Of a DNA stretch of 64,000 nucleotides, positions 1-14,829 are shown piece by piece. The position numbers and the translations under genes are program-made. The stretch is from Lama guanicoe (lineage: Eukaryota): NCBI GenBank assembly GCA_013239625.1, contig MU057350.1, forward strand, positions 2,356,001 to 2,420,000, in the 5' to 3' direction. Under the pieces are notes generated by a model. That model had not been told where the DNA came from, searched no databases, and saw only the letters and a program-made list of their open reading frames with translations. The first letter of the stretch is position 1; each line of letters starts with the position of its first letter.

Positions 1-574
1 TTCCCAAATGTTAATATGGGAACATTAATGCACCAACTTATATAGACAGTCGAATCTTTGAACTTTTTGCTGTGCACAAACGGACTTTTAAATCTCTATG
101 TATAAATAGAGAATTACTTCAGTTACACCCCCGAGAAACGAAATCTACTTCCAAGCAAACTGGGTGCTCGTCTCTCAACTGTTCACTCTTATTTTGCTAA
201 CTAATTACTTGTCTTCCTGCCTTCTTGAGGCCTCCTGGGCCACTCTCACAGCTTGTGGCCCCGGTTTGATTCACACCGCCCTCATCCGATGGGAGGCCGT
301 AAGTGGTCATTGCTTCTTTATCACTGCTCTGCTAATCACTCTTAGTCGAAAGCCTCCTCTGGACTTAATTTTTCCCACTTAGAGCTGTCCTCTGGGGTCC
401 TGAGCATCTGCAGCTTTCCCTGCTGAGCTCTAGCTTTATCTCTTCTCTTTCCTTTCTTGAGTGGTTTTAAACTCATACTGCCAGGGCATGTGGGATGTAC
501 TCACGTCAGCTCTCTTTCCTCCCCGAGGTTCCTGCCACGTGAGGACAGTGCAGTGTAATGTTACCTGGTGTTGG

Positions 575-750
575 ACAGACCTTGTTTAACTCTTGACCAT
601 TCCACCACCTTGCTGTGTGCCCTTGATGAAGTAGCTTAACCTCTCTGAGCTTGCTTCTCCACCTGAAAAATGAGGGTTGTTGAGAAAACAAAGTGATGTA
701 TCTAAATGTGACATATTTGAAGTAATGAGCACCTAGTGAGTGCCTGGTCA
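575..750 (+). mobile_element. MIR SINE fragment
   Basis: gctgtgtgcccttgatgaagtagcttaacctctctgagc... MIR core. Confidence 0.7.
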
Positions 751-1220
751 CCCATTGCTTTCTGGCCAAAGTACTACATTTATTTCCCTACTTGTTGTCT
801 TAAACAATCCTTCCCTCAAACTCCATACAAATCAAAACATAGACTGTCAGTGTAAAATCAGACATTTATTTACCCCAAATAGAATACTTTTCTTCTTTAT
901 AGAACGTGATCTGTTTTCTTTCTGTCAAAGTGTGCTCTTCTCCCAAACACTTTCTGTTTGTCTTTTAAGACATGAATATTTCTCTCCTTAATTACTTTAG
1001 AATTATATTGTTGGAAGTTTTCATGAGCAATGTCTTGCAAACCTTAAATTATCCATTAAGAATACTGTAAATTCCATCCAAGTTAGAGGTGTGTGACTCT
1101 GACTGTCTAGGATTTTCCCCAGTTGGTAACATTGAGATCTTGCATTAGTGTTGAACTTTGTCATTCTGTATCAAAGGGTATAAATTTCCATTGTTGACGC
1201 CCATTCAATTGTCTTCCCAG

Positions 1221-1327
1221 GTGCCCAGGAAAAGACAAACTTGGAAGTCATTATTCTAGTGGGCACTGCAGTGCTTGCCATGTTCTTCTGGCTACTTCTT
1301 GTCATCATTCTACGGACCGTTAAGCGG
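1221..1327 (+). CDS. KDR: KDR exon 16 (transmembrane helix)
   Basis: cccag|GTGCC...AAGCGG|gtaac; 107 nt; (G)[35 protein letters not shown]. Confidence 0.97.
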
Positions 1328-1681
1328 GTAACAAAATAGTTTCCCTTCTGTCCCATGCACGTTGGCTTTCATGATTAATGAAAGCTGACTAGGGTTCTTT
1401 GGGTTGGTTCTTCCCATTGTTGTTGGCTCAATAGGCACAATTTTATTTCTATACAATAACATTCTTGCCCACTTTCTTTTGCCTGGACCACTGGGCTTTA
1501 ATTGATAGAAGCAACTAGAGAAGAAATGGGCTTGGACTGTCTAGTGTAATTAGGATTTAAGAATTTAATTCTGAGCTCATTTAGGGGTTGAGGGGACACT
1601 GGAAGCGGGATGATAATAGGACTACTCTCAGCCTCCATGAGCCGTTTAGAAAATGAGACATTAAGAATGGGGCTTCTATAA

Positions 1682-1951
<270 letters not shown>

Positions 1952-2212
1952 TAGGATGGTGACAAATCTAGTCTATTTAAATGTCAGATTCCGATTCAGA
2001 AATATTCATTCCATCTCTTGATTTTGAGTGATTATCCAGTTAGTCACTTAGAAGTAGGAGCCCTGTATAATCACCCATTTTGGAGAGTGAAGAGGGAGGT
2101 ATTAAATCATTCAGCCGGGACAAGGGTGTCAGCTGGACCGTCCATGTTAAACTGGGATGTATGTCACCTTGTCAAGCTGGAATCTCTGCCTGTCACCTTG
2201 GTGGTGAAATAG

Positions 2213-2377
<165 letters not shown>

Positions 2378-2782
2378 TGATATATCCCTCTATCTGTTTC
2401 ACCCCATCTCTAAACATAATGAAAGATTTATGTCAGTGGCTCTGTGGCTAGGTGGGCCCACTAGCCAAGCATGCAGCCACATTGTATGTTGCTGTTGTGC
2501 AAACTGGATAAAAAATTCCTCTTTTATAGCCTCATGCCAGGGTCCACAGCCTGGCAAGCAAAGTTGAGAATGGATTTCAGCTCCTCTACTGCCCCACCTT
2601 GCCTGGGATCCCTTGTGCAAGACACAGATTGAACAACTGTATTTAGTGGCCTGGCTATAGGCAAAAAAAATACCTTGATTTCATCAAAATTGTTTCTTAG
2701 CATACTATGGTACATTAGTAGGATAATTATAGACCATCAGGAAACAGAAAAATAAATTTGATATAATAAATAAAAATAGTAG

Positions 2783-2800
2783 CACACACACACACACACA
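2783..2800. repeat. (CA)9 microsatellite
   Basis: Read directly. Confidence 0.9.
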
Positions 2801-3703
2801 AAAACCAGCATGTTCCCTAGAATTGGAACATGTAAAAGAGGGTCACATATAAAAGATAATATGCAAACTAAGAATGGTTGTGCTGGGAAAAAAAAAGATT
2901 ATGGGTGACATTTTGAATTTAAAAGTTGCATAAACAACTGTTAAACCTAACAGTAATGGAATTCTGGTCTTGCCATTTTACTCTGGGGAGGTGATGCGTA
3001 TAAAGCTCTTTGCTAGAATTGTGACGTGCTTTCATTGGTGGACACAGTACTACTGACCCTTTGCCAGGAGTCATGTGCCTTTTGAAGCCATCTCTCTCCT
3101 TTTGCTTCCTCTCCCTTGTGGCTGAGGGGGGTATGTAATTTTGAGGTGGCTCATCAAAGCCTGGGGTGTGGACCATGTCTGTGAATTAGAGGGAAGTGTA
3201 CCACTCTGTGTAGGATCAAACTCACACTCAGCCTCATGAGCCTCATGTGCCAGCTGGCAAAGCCCTTGTTAAGTTTCCTACTCAGCCCAGATTGGTGGGA
3301 ACTTCAGCAGAGCCCCTAACATGTGAGGGAATTTAATACATGCTTATGAGGAAGCACTGAAATAATCAGGAGCTAAGAAGCACAGTCAACCTGGTATGTG
3401 AAAATCCGGTTTTGTAAAAGAAAATCTGGGCATGATTTCATCTGCAGATGTGTTCTCCACTTTGTAAAAGACCTCATGATGGCTTCCTTCAAGTAGCAGA
3501 CATTCTGGGGGCACGTAGAGTAAGAATCTGATTTAGAATTAGAAAGTATAATTTATATTTGCATTTTAATGTACCTAGTCTGTAAACTGGGTTACAGTGG
3601 TATTACCTCTGGAGGGGAAGTTGCAGAGATGCAGGCAGTGGGGCATCATCCTGCTAAGGTCAAGCCCACACGTGTGATTTCCCTCTTTGTTGTGTATTTG
3701 TAG

Positions 3704-3817
3704 AAGGAGCAACACACAGCGAACATCGAGCCCTCATGTCGGAACTCAAGATCCTCATTCACATTGGCCACCACCTCAATGTGGTCAACCTTCTCGGCGC
3801 CTGTACTAAGCCAGGGG
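3704..3817 (+). CDS. KDR: KDR exon 19 (alphaC helix)
   Basis: ttgtag|AAGGAG...CAGGGG|gtgagt; 114 nt; [38 protein letters not shown]. Confidence 0.97.
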
Positions 3818-4358
3818 GTGAGTGTCTGTGGATGGTTCTGGTTGCCTGGTTTTGGCGTCCACTTCTCTGTTGGTATTTGAGGGAAACCACCCAACTCCCA
3901 TGGTCTTCATTCCCTTCACGTAGGATACTTTGGCAGATTCCTGGATATAAGCATATTTCATAGAGGTTTAAGGGGTGCTGTAAATTATTCTAGAACTTCC
4001 TGTGAATGAAAAAAAACGCTACATCACTATAATACAGTTGTCTACTTTTGGAATAGGTGTTCAGATGAGAAAAGAGAACTTCCCCTTAAATTTGAAAGCA
4101 AAAGACTTGAAGAGTAGTTCACTCTAAAATGGAGTCATCTTAGGGGATTGTGTTGAAAAGCAAGTGGGTGGATTTTCTTCTGAAATGTTGGTTAATCTTG
4201 TTGTGGAATCACCTTTTGGAAAAAGAAAAGCTACAACAGAAAGGGAATTGCAACCAGCTGATTTCTCTGATCCTATTTCCAGGGAAAGGTTGTAGCCTCT
4301 TCTATGATTATTTTCTGGCTCATTGATGTATTAAGCACTTGATGAGAAACATGAGTGA

Positions 4359-4556
<198 letters not shown>

Positions 4557-5089
4557 TAATTTTTTCATTAAAATTCTGTGAAGAACTTGTGAGGAATCTT
4601 TTCACATCACCTCTTGGCTGTTGTCACATCCTCTTTTACCTTCTGGAGGACATGTACTTCTCATGTGTTATCTTTGTGACTCTAATCTCCTGACCCGTTG
4701 TGGATGATGCCTAAGGAGGGGGAAGGTGGGTGTGATTAAGGGACAGGAATGACAGGGGAAGGGCAGCTCTGGGTTGTTCTGTCTCTACCCTGGCCATATT
4801 TGGCCCTATGGAGTGTTAATCCCTCTCTCAAAAGCGGCCTAATGTTGGAAGTGTGTCTGAATGAAACTTGAAACAAGGCCCTTAGCTCTTCAAGCTAAAA
4901 AGGAACCAGGCTTTAGGGAAGAAAATCTACTACGTAGAACACTTACCAAAATTTCAGCCCAGAGGTTCCATGGTCTTGAACTTTATGTCCCACTTGTCTT
5001 CTTTTAATAGTTATAATTGTTTGTATAGTTTACTACATTTTAGAGATTTTTCTGATATTCAAGGAGTTTGCTCATTTGCTTCGTTTTAG

Positions 5090-5243
5090 AGTAAAGGGGC
5101 ACGGTTCCGGCAAGGGAAAGAGTACGTTGGGGAAATCACCATGGACCCTAAACGCCGCCTGGACAGCATCACCAGTAGCCAGAGCTCAGCCAGCTCCGGA
5201 TTTGTTGAGGAGAAGTCCCTCAGTGATGTGGAGGAAGAAGAAG
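5090..5243 (+). CDS. KDR: KDR exon 21 (kinase insert, Y951 equivalent)
   Basis: ttttag|AGTAAA...GAAG|gtacct; 154 nt; [51 protein letters not shown]. Confidence 0.96.
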
Positions 5244-7104
5244 GTACCTGCCACTGCTTCTTCCACACCTAGCGCGTGCTCTTGTGGGAACAGACAGGGT
5301 GACAGGGTGTTATGAGGAATTTTTTCATAGAAAAGTCCAATACTACCTAATATTTAAAAGAGGCCTGAATTTCTAGAATCCTCCATTCAGCCTCCCCAGA
5401 GCTGTAGGGTGGAAGGCCGACAGAAGCAGCAGGCAGGTTGAGAGGCAGAGCACGGGCAGCCTGAGAAATTTCTGTCCCTCAGGAGAGCTAAGCAGTTGGC
5501 ATTGTCAAACCAATGCTCTTCAAGTTTTGGGTCAGCACTTATCAGCAAGAGAGGCTCAGTGCCATCTTCCAGACGGGCAAAGGAGGCTCACTGGTGGTTG
5601 CCAGCCTCCCCGTCGCCCACGGAAGTTCAGCCCCACACTGCCTGCTTCACCAGCACAATAGAAGCCATCCACGTAGTCACACCCAGCCGTCTCCCAGGCA
5701 GCGCAGGCATCTTTTGTTTCTGCCCCTCCCCGCGTGGCTCATTAAGTCTTCCACACTTCTTCAGAGGAGTCTTGGTAAATCCACTTTTCCTTAGCCCGTT
5801 ATGCTTCCCCTGATACTTCAGTGCTGCTTATGAGGGGAGCTGTGTTCGCAGCCTGACTTTCAGGACCTCTTCCAGCTTCAGGATACACTGCGTATCTACT
5901 TCCCGCAGAGGGAGCAGTGACAGTGCCATGGAGGGAGCGGTGGGGATTCCTGACACCTGGCCCTTCTTGAGGTGTGAGCTCGGAAGAAGAAAAACCATGA
6001 AATAGTGGAAGAAATCCGCTTCGGTTTCCTTTGACACAAGGCCACAGAGAGAACTTAAAATTTGACTTCTCCCCCATAGAAGCCGAGCAGGCAGTGTGAG
6101 GCTGGAACTTGGTCTGAAGAAGCGTGGGGAGGTTGTGCAGACCTCACGTAACTGGGCGCACACTGAGTGGAGCCAGCTCTGCCCCATCTGCTCTCTCACA
6201 AAATGGCAGTCATTGAGCTGGAAACCCAAGGGACTGAGGGAGTCAACTGGAGTAGAGGGGGTGTTGGCCTGGGATTTTGCCTCCATTTCTTCATCTGGAA
6301 AATAAAGGGGTTTCATTCGTTATTCACGTGAGCCCTCCACCCTAATCATAGAAAATAACTGAAAAAAAGGTTCATAAACTTTTTTAATACATACAAGGAT
6401 ATTTTACAACTGAGGTTTCATTTACTCTGGTATTTGTCTCCAGGAATGAAGCCATGTCTTATCTTATCTGAAACACCCATTAATGTCTTAGTGTTTATTT
6501 GTACCAATTGCATGGAAGTCAATACCACGAATTTACGTAAATTCATCTCTCGCTCTGTGTTCCTGTCATCTCATTCATATCCTTGAAGGAGAAAGAGCAT
6601 CCTTACGGGACAGATTTACTGTGCTTACAGCACTTTCTCAGCTTGAAAGTGAGAGAAGTAAACATATTTCTGGTATTTTTAGTTAATCTGTTGTAGATTA
6701 TGGTTTGACCTTTCGCCTTTGTTCCAGGACAAAGCCTGGAGAGAAAAGGTTCAATGACCCTGAATATTGTTGTCTTATTTTTAGAGTTCTTGATATGAAA
6801 CTATTGTTTATCCCTCTGGATACATGAAAAAAAAGCCAAAACAGTTTACAAAAGCAAATTTGGAAAAGCCTTCTTTTACATCCCTGTTGTCTGTGACAAT
6901 TTTGCCTCCATTTTGCCTCCTGGATTTTTTCATCCAATTTGGCAAAAATGGAAAAACCAGTATTTTTGCTAAGGGGTCTGATGAAGGCTAAGGATATACC
7001 AGGATTCAGCATATTTACAGGAGATAGAAACATTTTCCAGGTGCTTCTACTTCCTGAAATTTGACTCCCAATTTTTAAAATGAAGATTACTCTATCACAC
7101 TTAG

Positions 7105-7296
<192 letters not shown>

Positions 7297-7429
7297 TAGA
7301 TGTCCAGGGCTAGCCATCGACGTTTGCTTGGGACTGCAATTCATTCACCACTCCTGGGACTATTAAAAGAGCGATACTGAGGAGGCCCCATTTCTGCTAA
7401 ATAAGAGGGTATTAGAATGTCATGAAATT

Positions 7430-7790
7430 AATTCATGTGATGAATACTTACTGAGCATCTCCCAAGGGCAGGCGGTGTTCTCAGCACTAAGGATACTGTG
7501 TGAACAAGTAGGCAAAACTCTCCACCTTCATGGAGTTGACATCCTAGTGGGTGGAACAAACAATAGAGCAAGTGAAATGCCTGGTGGGGTAGATGGGAGT
7601 GAGCGCTGTGGAGGAAAATAAGCAGGGAAGAGTTACAGAGTAGACAGGAGTGGTATGTTTGTATGTTCGTATGTCTTTGTGTTTGTGTACGTCAATTTTA
7701 AACAAAGTGGACGTGGAAGGCTTTAGGGGAATGTGACATCTGAGTAATGACCTGGAAGAGGTGAGGGACGGAGCCTTGCAGATATCTTGG
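7430..7790 (-). mobile_element. L2 LINE 3' fragment
   Basis: aatacttactgagcatc...ccttcatggagttgacatcctagtggg, typical of an L2 3' end. Confidence 0.7.
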
Positions 7791-8464
7791 CACAGGAGAG
7801 TCTCCTTTTAATTTGTTTTACATTCATCTCCATCCATCAAAAAGTATTTGTTAGTCGTATAATTAGAAACCAGGAAGGACAGGCTTTAGATGAGAGCGAT
7901 TAAAAGGGCTAAAATTAGAAAAGTGGGCCAAACAAAGGCTGAGGTGAGTACGTGACAAGTTACAAACATTCCGAAGGTTGTAAACACCGTGGAGGGAGCA
8001 GGTCGCCCCCTGGAAAGAGTAAAATGGATGGTTTGACATCAAACTAGACAAAATTGAAATTAAGTTTCAGGAGAAATTGTCAGTTGACAGAAGGCATTTG
8101 CTGCAGCCTGCTGTGGGAAGAAAGACTTAAAGTTCTGGTTTCTTTTCTAAATGAGTTGAATCCCTACCCATTTCTTTTTCTGAGGTTTAAAGCTTTTCAC
8201 AACTTCCAGAGTCTCAGGATCTCAGGTTTTTCTGCCTGGGAGCTCTTGTCTTCTCTCTCCCAAAAGGAAGGGAGAGACGTGGGATCTTATCAGATTTTCC
8301 CAAAGAGAAAGGCCCTTCTTGAAGATTCTAATTTTATTTTATTAATATTACTTTTTAGGGCCAGAGTCTCCCATTTAGGAAGGGTTCCTTTGATGGGAAA
8401 GGGAATAGGGGGTGGGGTGGGGGGCAATCCTGTAACTTCCCTTGTATCTACTATCTGATTTCTT

Positions 8465-8591
8465 TTTTCTCTTTTCTTTTCTTTTTCTGTCGTTGAAGGA
8501 AGTGCAGCTTTTATTTCAGGGCACCAGTCTCATATGAGGTCACTTATATGCAGAATCTTTAAAAAATGGTACAAATGAACTTATTTACCAG
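8465..8591 (-). mobile_element. Short TPRT insertion: inverted L1 3'UTR piece, poly(A)-signal segment and poly(A) tail, with 10-bp TSD
   Basis: TSD CTGATTTCTT at 8455-8464 and 8592-8601; T-rich tail 8465-8488; minus-strand AATAAA at 8510-8515; L1 piece ~8530-8591 in the opposite orientation. Confidence 0.7.
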
Positions 8592-9585
8592 CTGATTTCT
8601 TGAGTAGCACCTGGTTGCTGGCTTGAAAAAGGAAGCTCTTTGGTTGGGGGCAAAGTAGAAAGGACTGTGCTTTGGGGAAGCTCCTGTCTTGCTCAGTCAT
8701 GCCAGACAGTGTGCTTTTGAACGTGCCTCATTCAGAGGGCAGTGCTATACAGACGCGCAGTGGGGGGCGGGGGATCTGCTATGCCTGGCTCGCTCAGCAC
8801 TCCTGCACTGACTTGAGTTCTCACCATTTCTAAACGTTCCCCTAGACTCCTGTGCTCTCATAAATCTTTCAGGTGCAGGAAGTCAGATGAAATTAAGGGA
8901 TACAAAAATAAAAAAATAATAAGAAGAAGAAGTTAAGGGATACAGAGAAGAGAGAAACTGAGGAACAGGCAAGAATAGAAGGAAAGCCATGGAGAATTTG
9001 GTTTCCCTTTGTAGTGCACCAGAGAATCCACTTGACAGGTGAGAGGCTGGACGTGCTTTAATCGACATCTCTGACAATCCAGCACTTTGAAAAGAGAGGA
9101 TGAGCACCCCCTGGGAACTGTTTCTCAGAGCTGGTCCAGCTTCAGTTACATATGGAACGGAGAAACCAACAAAGGGCACCAAACCAAGAGAAGCCCCTTG
9201 CTTCTGATTTCCATGCATTCATTCAAAATAAATTGCACTCTGGGGCCTCCTTAGGATAACACGTTTTAACCGTATATGGCGCCAGGCAAAAGGGACGTGT
9301 GGATGTGACCAGAAACACATTCTTAATTGTGTCCAAGAGAAGTCTATTTATGACTCCATCATCAGGCTATAACTTAATTATTTAATTCCAGAGTCTTGGG
9401 CTGTTTATGGAATAAACAGATGTGTGTCTCAATGAAACTCACAGATTTTTTTCCTGAAGTGTTGATAAAAGATGTTAACCCAGCGCTTGTTAACCAGTTG
9501 GTTTTCTGGTGTGGGTTTTTTTATTTTTTTAAAGCATGAGGTCACAACAGATGTAGAAGAGATCAGCTATGCGAGCTAGTCCTAA

Positions 9586-9834
<249 letters not shown>

Positions 9835-9872
9835 TGAGTTGGGTTCTCACCCCTTGTTCCCTACGCCCATAG

Positions 9873-10028
<156 letters not shown>

Positions 10029-10269
10029 TGATAAATGTCTGTGGCTCCAGTGTGCTTTTCCCTTGCCTGTATTCTGCCTTTATTGAGTGAAACTTACTTG
10101 GAGGCTTTGGGTTGTAAAATGTAAAAAAAAGAAAGAAAAGAAAAGCAAAGAGAAAGGAAGGAAAAGAGGTATGTATGGGAAGAAGGTGTTCCAGAATCAG
10201 GAATCAGGCTCAGGGCGTTCTGCAAGAGAAAAATCCAATCCGTCATGTCCCATTCCTGTTTTATTCTAG

Positions 10270-10369
10270 GTGCTTCTCCATATCCTGGAGTAAAGATTGA
10301 TGAGGAATTTTGTAGGCGATTGAAAGAAGGAACTCGGATGAGAGCCCCTGACTACACCACACCAGAAAT
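10270..10369 (+). CDS. KDR: KDR exon 25
   Basis: ttctag|GTGCTT...GAAAT|gtaaga; 100 nt; [33 protein letters not shown](M). Confidence 0.97.
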
Positions 10370-10683
10370 GTAAGACTTTACTGGCATGTTCCTATCCTTC
10401 TTTGCTCACAAAAAGTCGCCCTGCTGAGAAGACTGTCTGTTATATAAACCTCCTTCGTGGCCCAGCTTGTGTCTTACTTCTCCCTTGAGGTCTTCTTTGA
10501 TAATGTCAAGTACAGAGTCATCCTTCTTGAAATGACAGCACTTTATCTCTACCAGCCAGTCAGTTTTTATTGGATGTTGATTTATAACGTCTCCTTTTCT
10601 CTACACACGTGATGCTCCAAGTGTAGGGCTCTGTGTCTTACCCAGTTTCCTATCTCTGTTTACCATCACAGTGGACTTTTTAG

Positions 10684-10941
<258 letters not shown>

Positions 10942-10953
10942 TAGACCTTCTCA

Positions 10954-11000
10954 CAGCCACCACGCCAGCCTCTCAGCCACCACGCCAGCCTCTCAGCCAC
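10954..11000. repeat. 20-bp tandem repeat (2.3 copies)
   Basis: cagccaccacgccagcctct x2 + cagccac. Confidence 0.9.
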
Positions 11001-11220
11001 TGCACAGGGAGCTACAATTCTTCCCAATCGGAGCAGTAATGCTTCTCTAAAAGCTATAATTACCCTTTAGAGAGATGAGATCCTACTTCAAACCTGGGAG
11101 CTGATCACTTTTATTTTTACCAATGTGTATTTTGGTAACCAGTAAAAATACATACTGATGTATACATTTGATAAAATATTGATGTATTTTAACTTTAGAA
11201 GAGTGTATCTCATATTCATA

Positions 11221-11256
11221 AAAACCAAAACCAAAACCAAAACCAAAACCAAAACC
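11221..11256. repeat. (AAAACC)6 microsatellite
   Basis: Read directly. Confidence 0.9.
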
Positions 11257-12007
11257 TAGTTGATACACCGGGTATCTCCAATGGACAGAATTTCAAGGAA
11301 TTTTAAATACATTCTTCAGGCAAAAATACATTTGAACCCTGCAAAATAGATGGCTTTTTTCCTTGATAAAATCCCAGGCTTCCGTAACTTCCACTGGAGG
11401 ATTTTAGAGATGTAGCCTTTCGCATTAGGAAGTTTTTAATCTCTAGTCACCACCTCTTACCACAGTGAATAGAAACCAATATCCTCCTGCTTTTGACCAG
11501 CTGGGGGACAATGGGTCAAATCTGTCTTTATCAATAAACCTTCCAGACATTTAACGGCATCAAATTGCCCTTTCTTTCTTTCTCTTGATGAAATAATGTT
11601 AAAGTTGTGCAGCCTTTTCTTGGAAGACCCATTTCCCTGCACATTTATTGCTTTTCTTTAGACTGTCATCAGTCTTCCCATTGCCTTGGAGTGTAGAGGC
11701 TAAAACTGGATGACATGCCCTTTCAAGGACCTGGCTCCTGTCGACAGGACTTGGTGAAGAAATGATTTCCCAGCTCCGCATGTTCGTTGTAGCCATCTCT
11801 CTCTGTGGTCCCCTTACCCATCTTGGTTATTGTTAGTTCCTTTAATATCCTTTCATATACACGTCCCTTTCAAGTGCCCTTCTGTTTTTGACAAGCCATT
11901 TTTAAAGTCGTCTTAAAGTTTTGCCTTCAGCTATGAAAGCCACGTTCCCCATAAACAAGAAGCCCCCATGGCCTTTGTTTTTCATGAAAAGGCTCTTGAA
12001 GGACTGA

Positions 12008-12310
<303 letters not shown>

Positions 12311-13294
12311 TAACCTTCACCCTGAGAAGTGCTCCTTGAAGAGGGTCTTGGTAGGTGAGTATCCCTCCATCTGTGGTCCACATTGCTGCTGAAGCTCTTC
12401 CTTTCAGAATCCTAGGCCCTGCAGCTGCAAATAACTGGAATGCCACGGTTTGTTAATCTCCAGCAAAAGAGACCAGTTTTACAAAGACATCTGTATTTAA
12501 ATTATCCCCATGTACTCTTTTATTAATATGAATTAAATAGCTTAGGAAAGATTCAGGAAGGAAGAGTTCTTTGCATCTATGAAAACACACTTCTGCCTCT
12601 CTGGCTAGGATACAGGATGCCACGGGGATGCATCCTGAATTAGACTGGACAGTGCATCTTTAGAAGCCCCTCCCAAGTCTGATTTTCAGCATTTTATTTG
12701 CATAATGGAACTTCTGGGCTTATTTAAAACATATGCACTGCAGTGTTTTCCTGATAAGTAGCGGGGTTTGTAAAGGCAGCTTTCTTTTATTCTCTCCCAG
12801 CACCTGTGCATAAGGAGAGAGTTGAACTGGCTTCTACAATACGGTATTAAAATTGCCTTTTACTAAGCCTGGGACTACTTCACTTTGCTTTGTTGCTGTT
12901 CCCACCCCTTTGGGTGTTTTCCTCCTGCAACCGGACCCCTGACAGCGTGGGCCCAGCCTGGCCGCCCCCTGCCGTGTGTGCTGGGGCTGTAGGGAGGGGC
13001 ACGGGGCTCCAGCACTTGGCCAGGTTGCCGGGTGGCAGGTGGGAGTCACCCTGGAGAGTTGGGCTCATGGAGGCACACAGAGAGGACAGCAGGGACACTG
13101 TCATGAGACAGGAGAAAGCTCCGAGCAGTTAGAAGCCAACTAGTGAGCTGCCCATTCCGTTTGTGTCAAGAACTCTCAGCATTTTCCCAAGAACTTTTCC
13201 TTGTGTTATCAGATGTGGCCAGCACTGGGCAAGGTAGAAACTGTTATCTTTTATGATGTGGATGTTAAACACGAGGCTCAGATCAGTTACCCGG

Positions 13295-13525
13295 GGAGAA
13301 TACAACACTGTGGTTAAAGGTCCAGATTTTAGAGTTAGAGAGAACTGGGTTGGGTTCCCAATCTGCTCTTTGCAGCTGTGACCTGGCACAAATCTTCACT
13401 GTGAGCCAGGCCAGGATGCTGGTGTTGTACAAAAATGAGTACTTTGAGGATTACATTGTATAATGAATTTCTGAGTGTCTGGCACCTGGAGACGACTCAA
13501 TCAGGGATAGCTATTAAGTGAGCTG
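13295..13525 (+). mobile_element. MIR SINE
   Basis: gtggttaaagg...ctgggtt...gcagctgtgacctgg... Confidence 0.6.
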
Positions 13526-14829
13526 TTAAATTCACATCCCTGGGATGAATCCAGTTCCTCTGATATCTAACTCCATACCATGGAGGAGGCCTCAAAGAGA
13601 AAAAGTAATGAAATGAAAACCCATCATTCCACTCCCACATTTAAAAAGTCCTAGTTCAAGTTCAGCTGGCCTTCCGGCGTGGTAATGATTCCCACAGCAC
13701 CATTACCTTCTGCTTTATCGCAATGCCATTCGATCATGAGCTATGTTCCTTGGGTTTTCTGTGACCAGGTGGGCTGAGGACCCAAGCCGGCAGCCTCTTG
13801 GCTCACTCGGGCGCTTTGCATATGGTGCCGAGAGTCGATGAAGTCATGCGTGTGTAATGGAAGTGCCAAATGTGAGGCTGGCTCTGGAACAGGGCTGCTA
13901 GCATTTATCCCCAAAAGCGTGGACAAATGTGACACCACCCTCCCAACATAGGCCTGGCTCTGATTTTCTGTCTGTGATTTTCGAATTGGTCTTTCCAGTC
14001 CAGTTTCTCTTTTATCCAGCCATAATTTGAAAAATAAAATGGAAATCAGAGCCTTATGTCTGCTTCCCCACTTAACCCCCTCCACCTTTCCCCCTTTTTA
14101 TAAAAATAAGAGACCATGGTCACATTTTAATCATCTGGGTTAAATGAAAGGCAAGATCGAGGCGTCTGCACACGGCACATTTCATTTTGATGCTCTCTTG
14201 TGGTCCTGCTTCCCTGGGGAGGAAGAGGTGAGGCTGGGGTGACTCTCAGGGGACTTGTTCACTCATCTTTCACATTTCCTGTCAAGGAGAAAAGCCAAGG
14301 AGTCTCTCACTTGCTTCCTCCTTATAATTTTCAGTTTCATTGTGTTATAAATAGAGCTGGACAGAGACATCACAGTGGGAGCCGACCTCATGATTTTTTG
14401 CCCCTTTAAACTATTTTAAAAATATTTGTTCAGCATGTATTTAGAGAAGAGGCTGAGTGGTAGGTGGGGGAAGGGTGAAGAGGAAGGCCCACTAGTGTCT
14501 AGACTTAGCTTCGTCTCTAATTTCCCCTGTGGATCAGCTCTAGCCCCAGGTTTGCATGCTTCTTGCAAGAAAACACATCTTTATTGGACTCATCTTTCTT
14601 GGAGGGCAGTTTGGGGACCATCTGCGGTTGCTCCACCATTTCTCCTGGGAGTTTCACCTCCCACTCCAAGCAGCTTATCAAAGATTTCTTTTCAGTTCTC
14701 TCCCAAAGAAAGGTTCTGGCACATATCTTTTTTTTTTTTCATTTTGGTTAATTGCTAGTGATGATTTAAATGGTCCCTGTAGATTGATGCCTGAGACGGC
14801 CTGTTGGCTAGATGTCCCTGAATTTGGCT

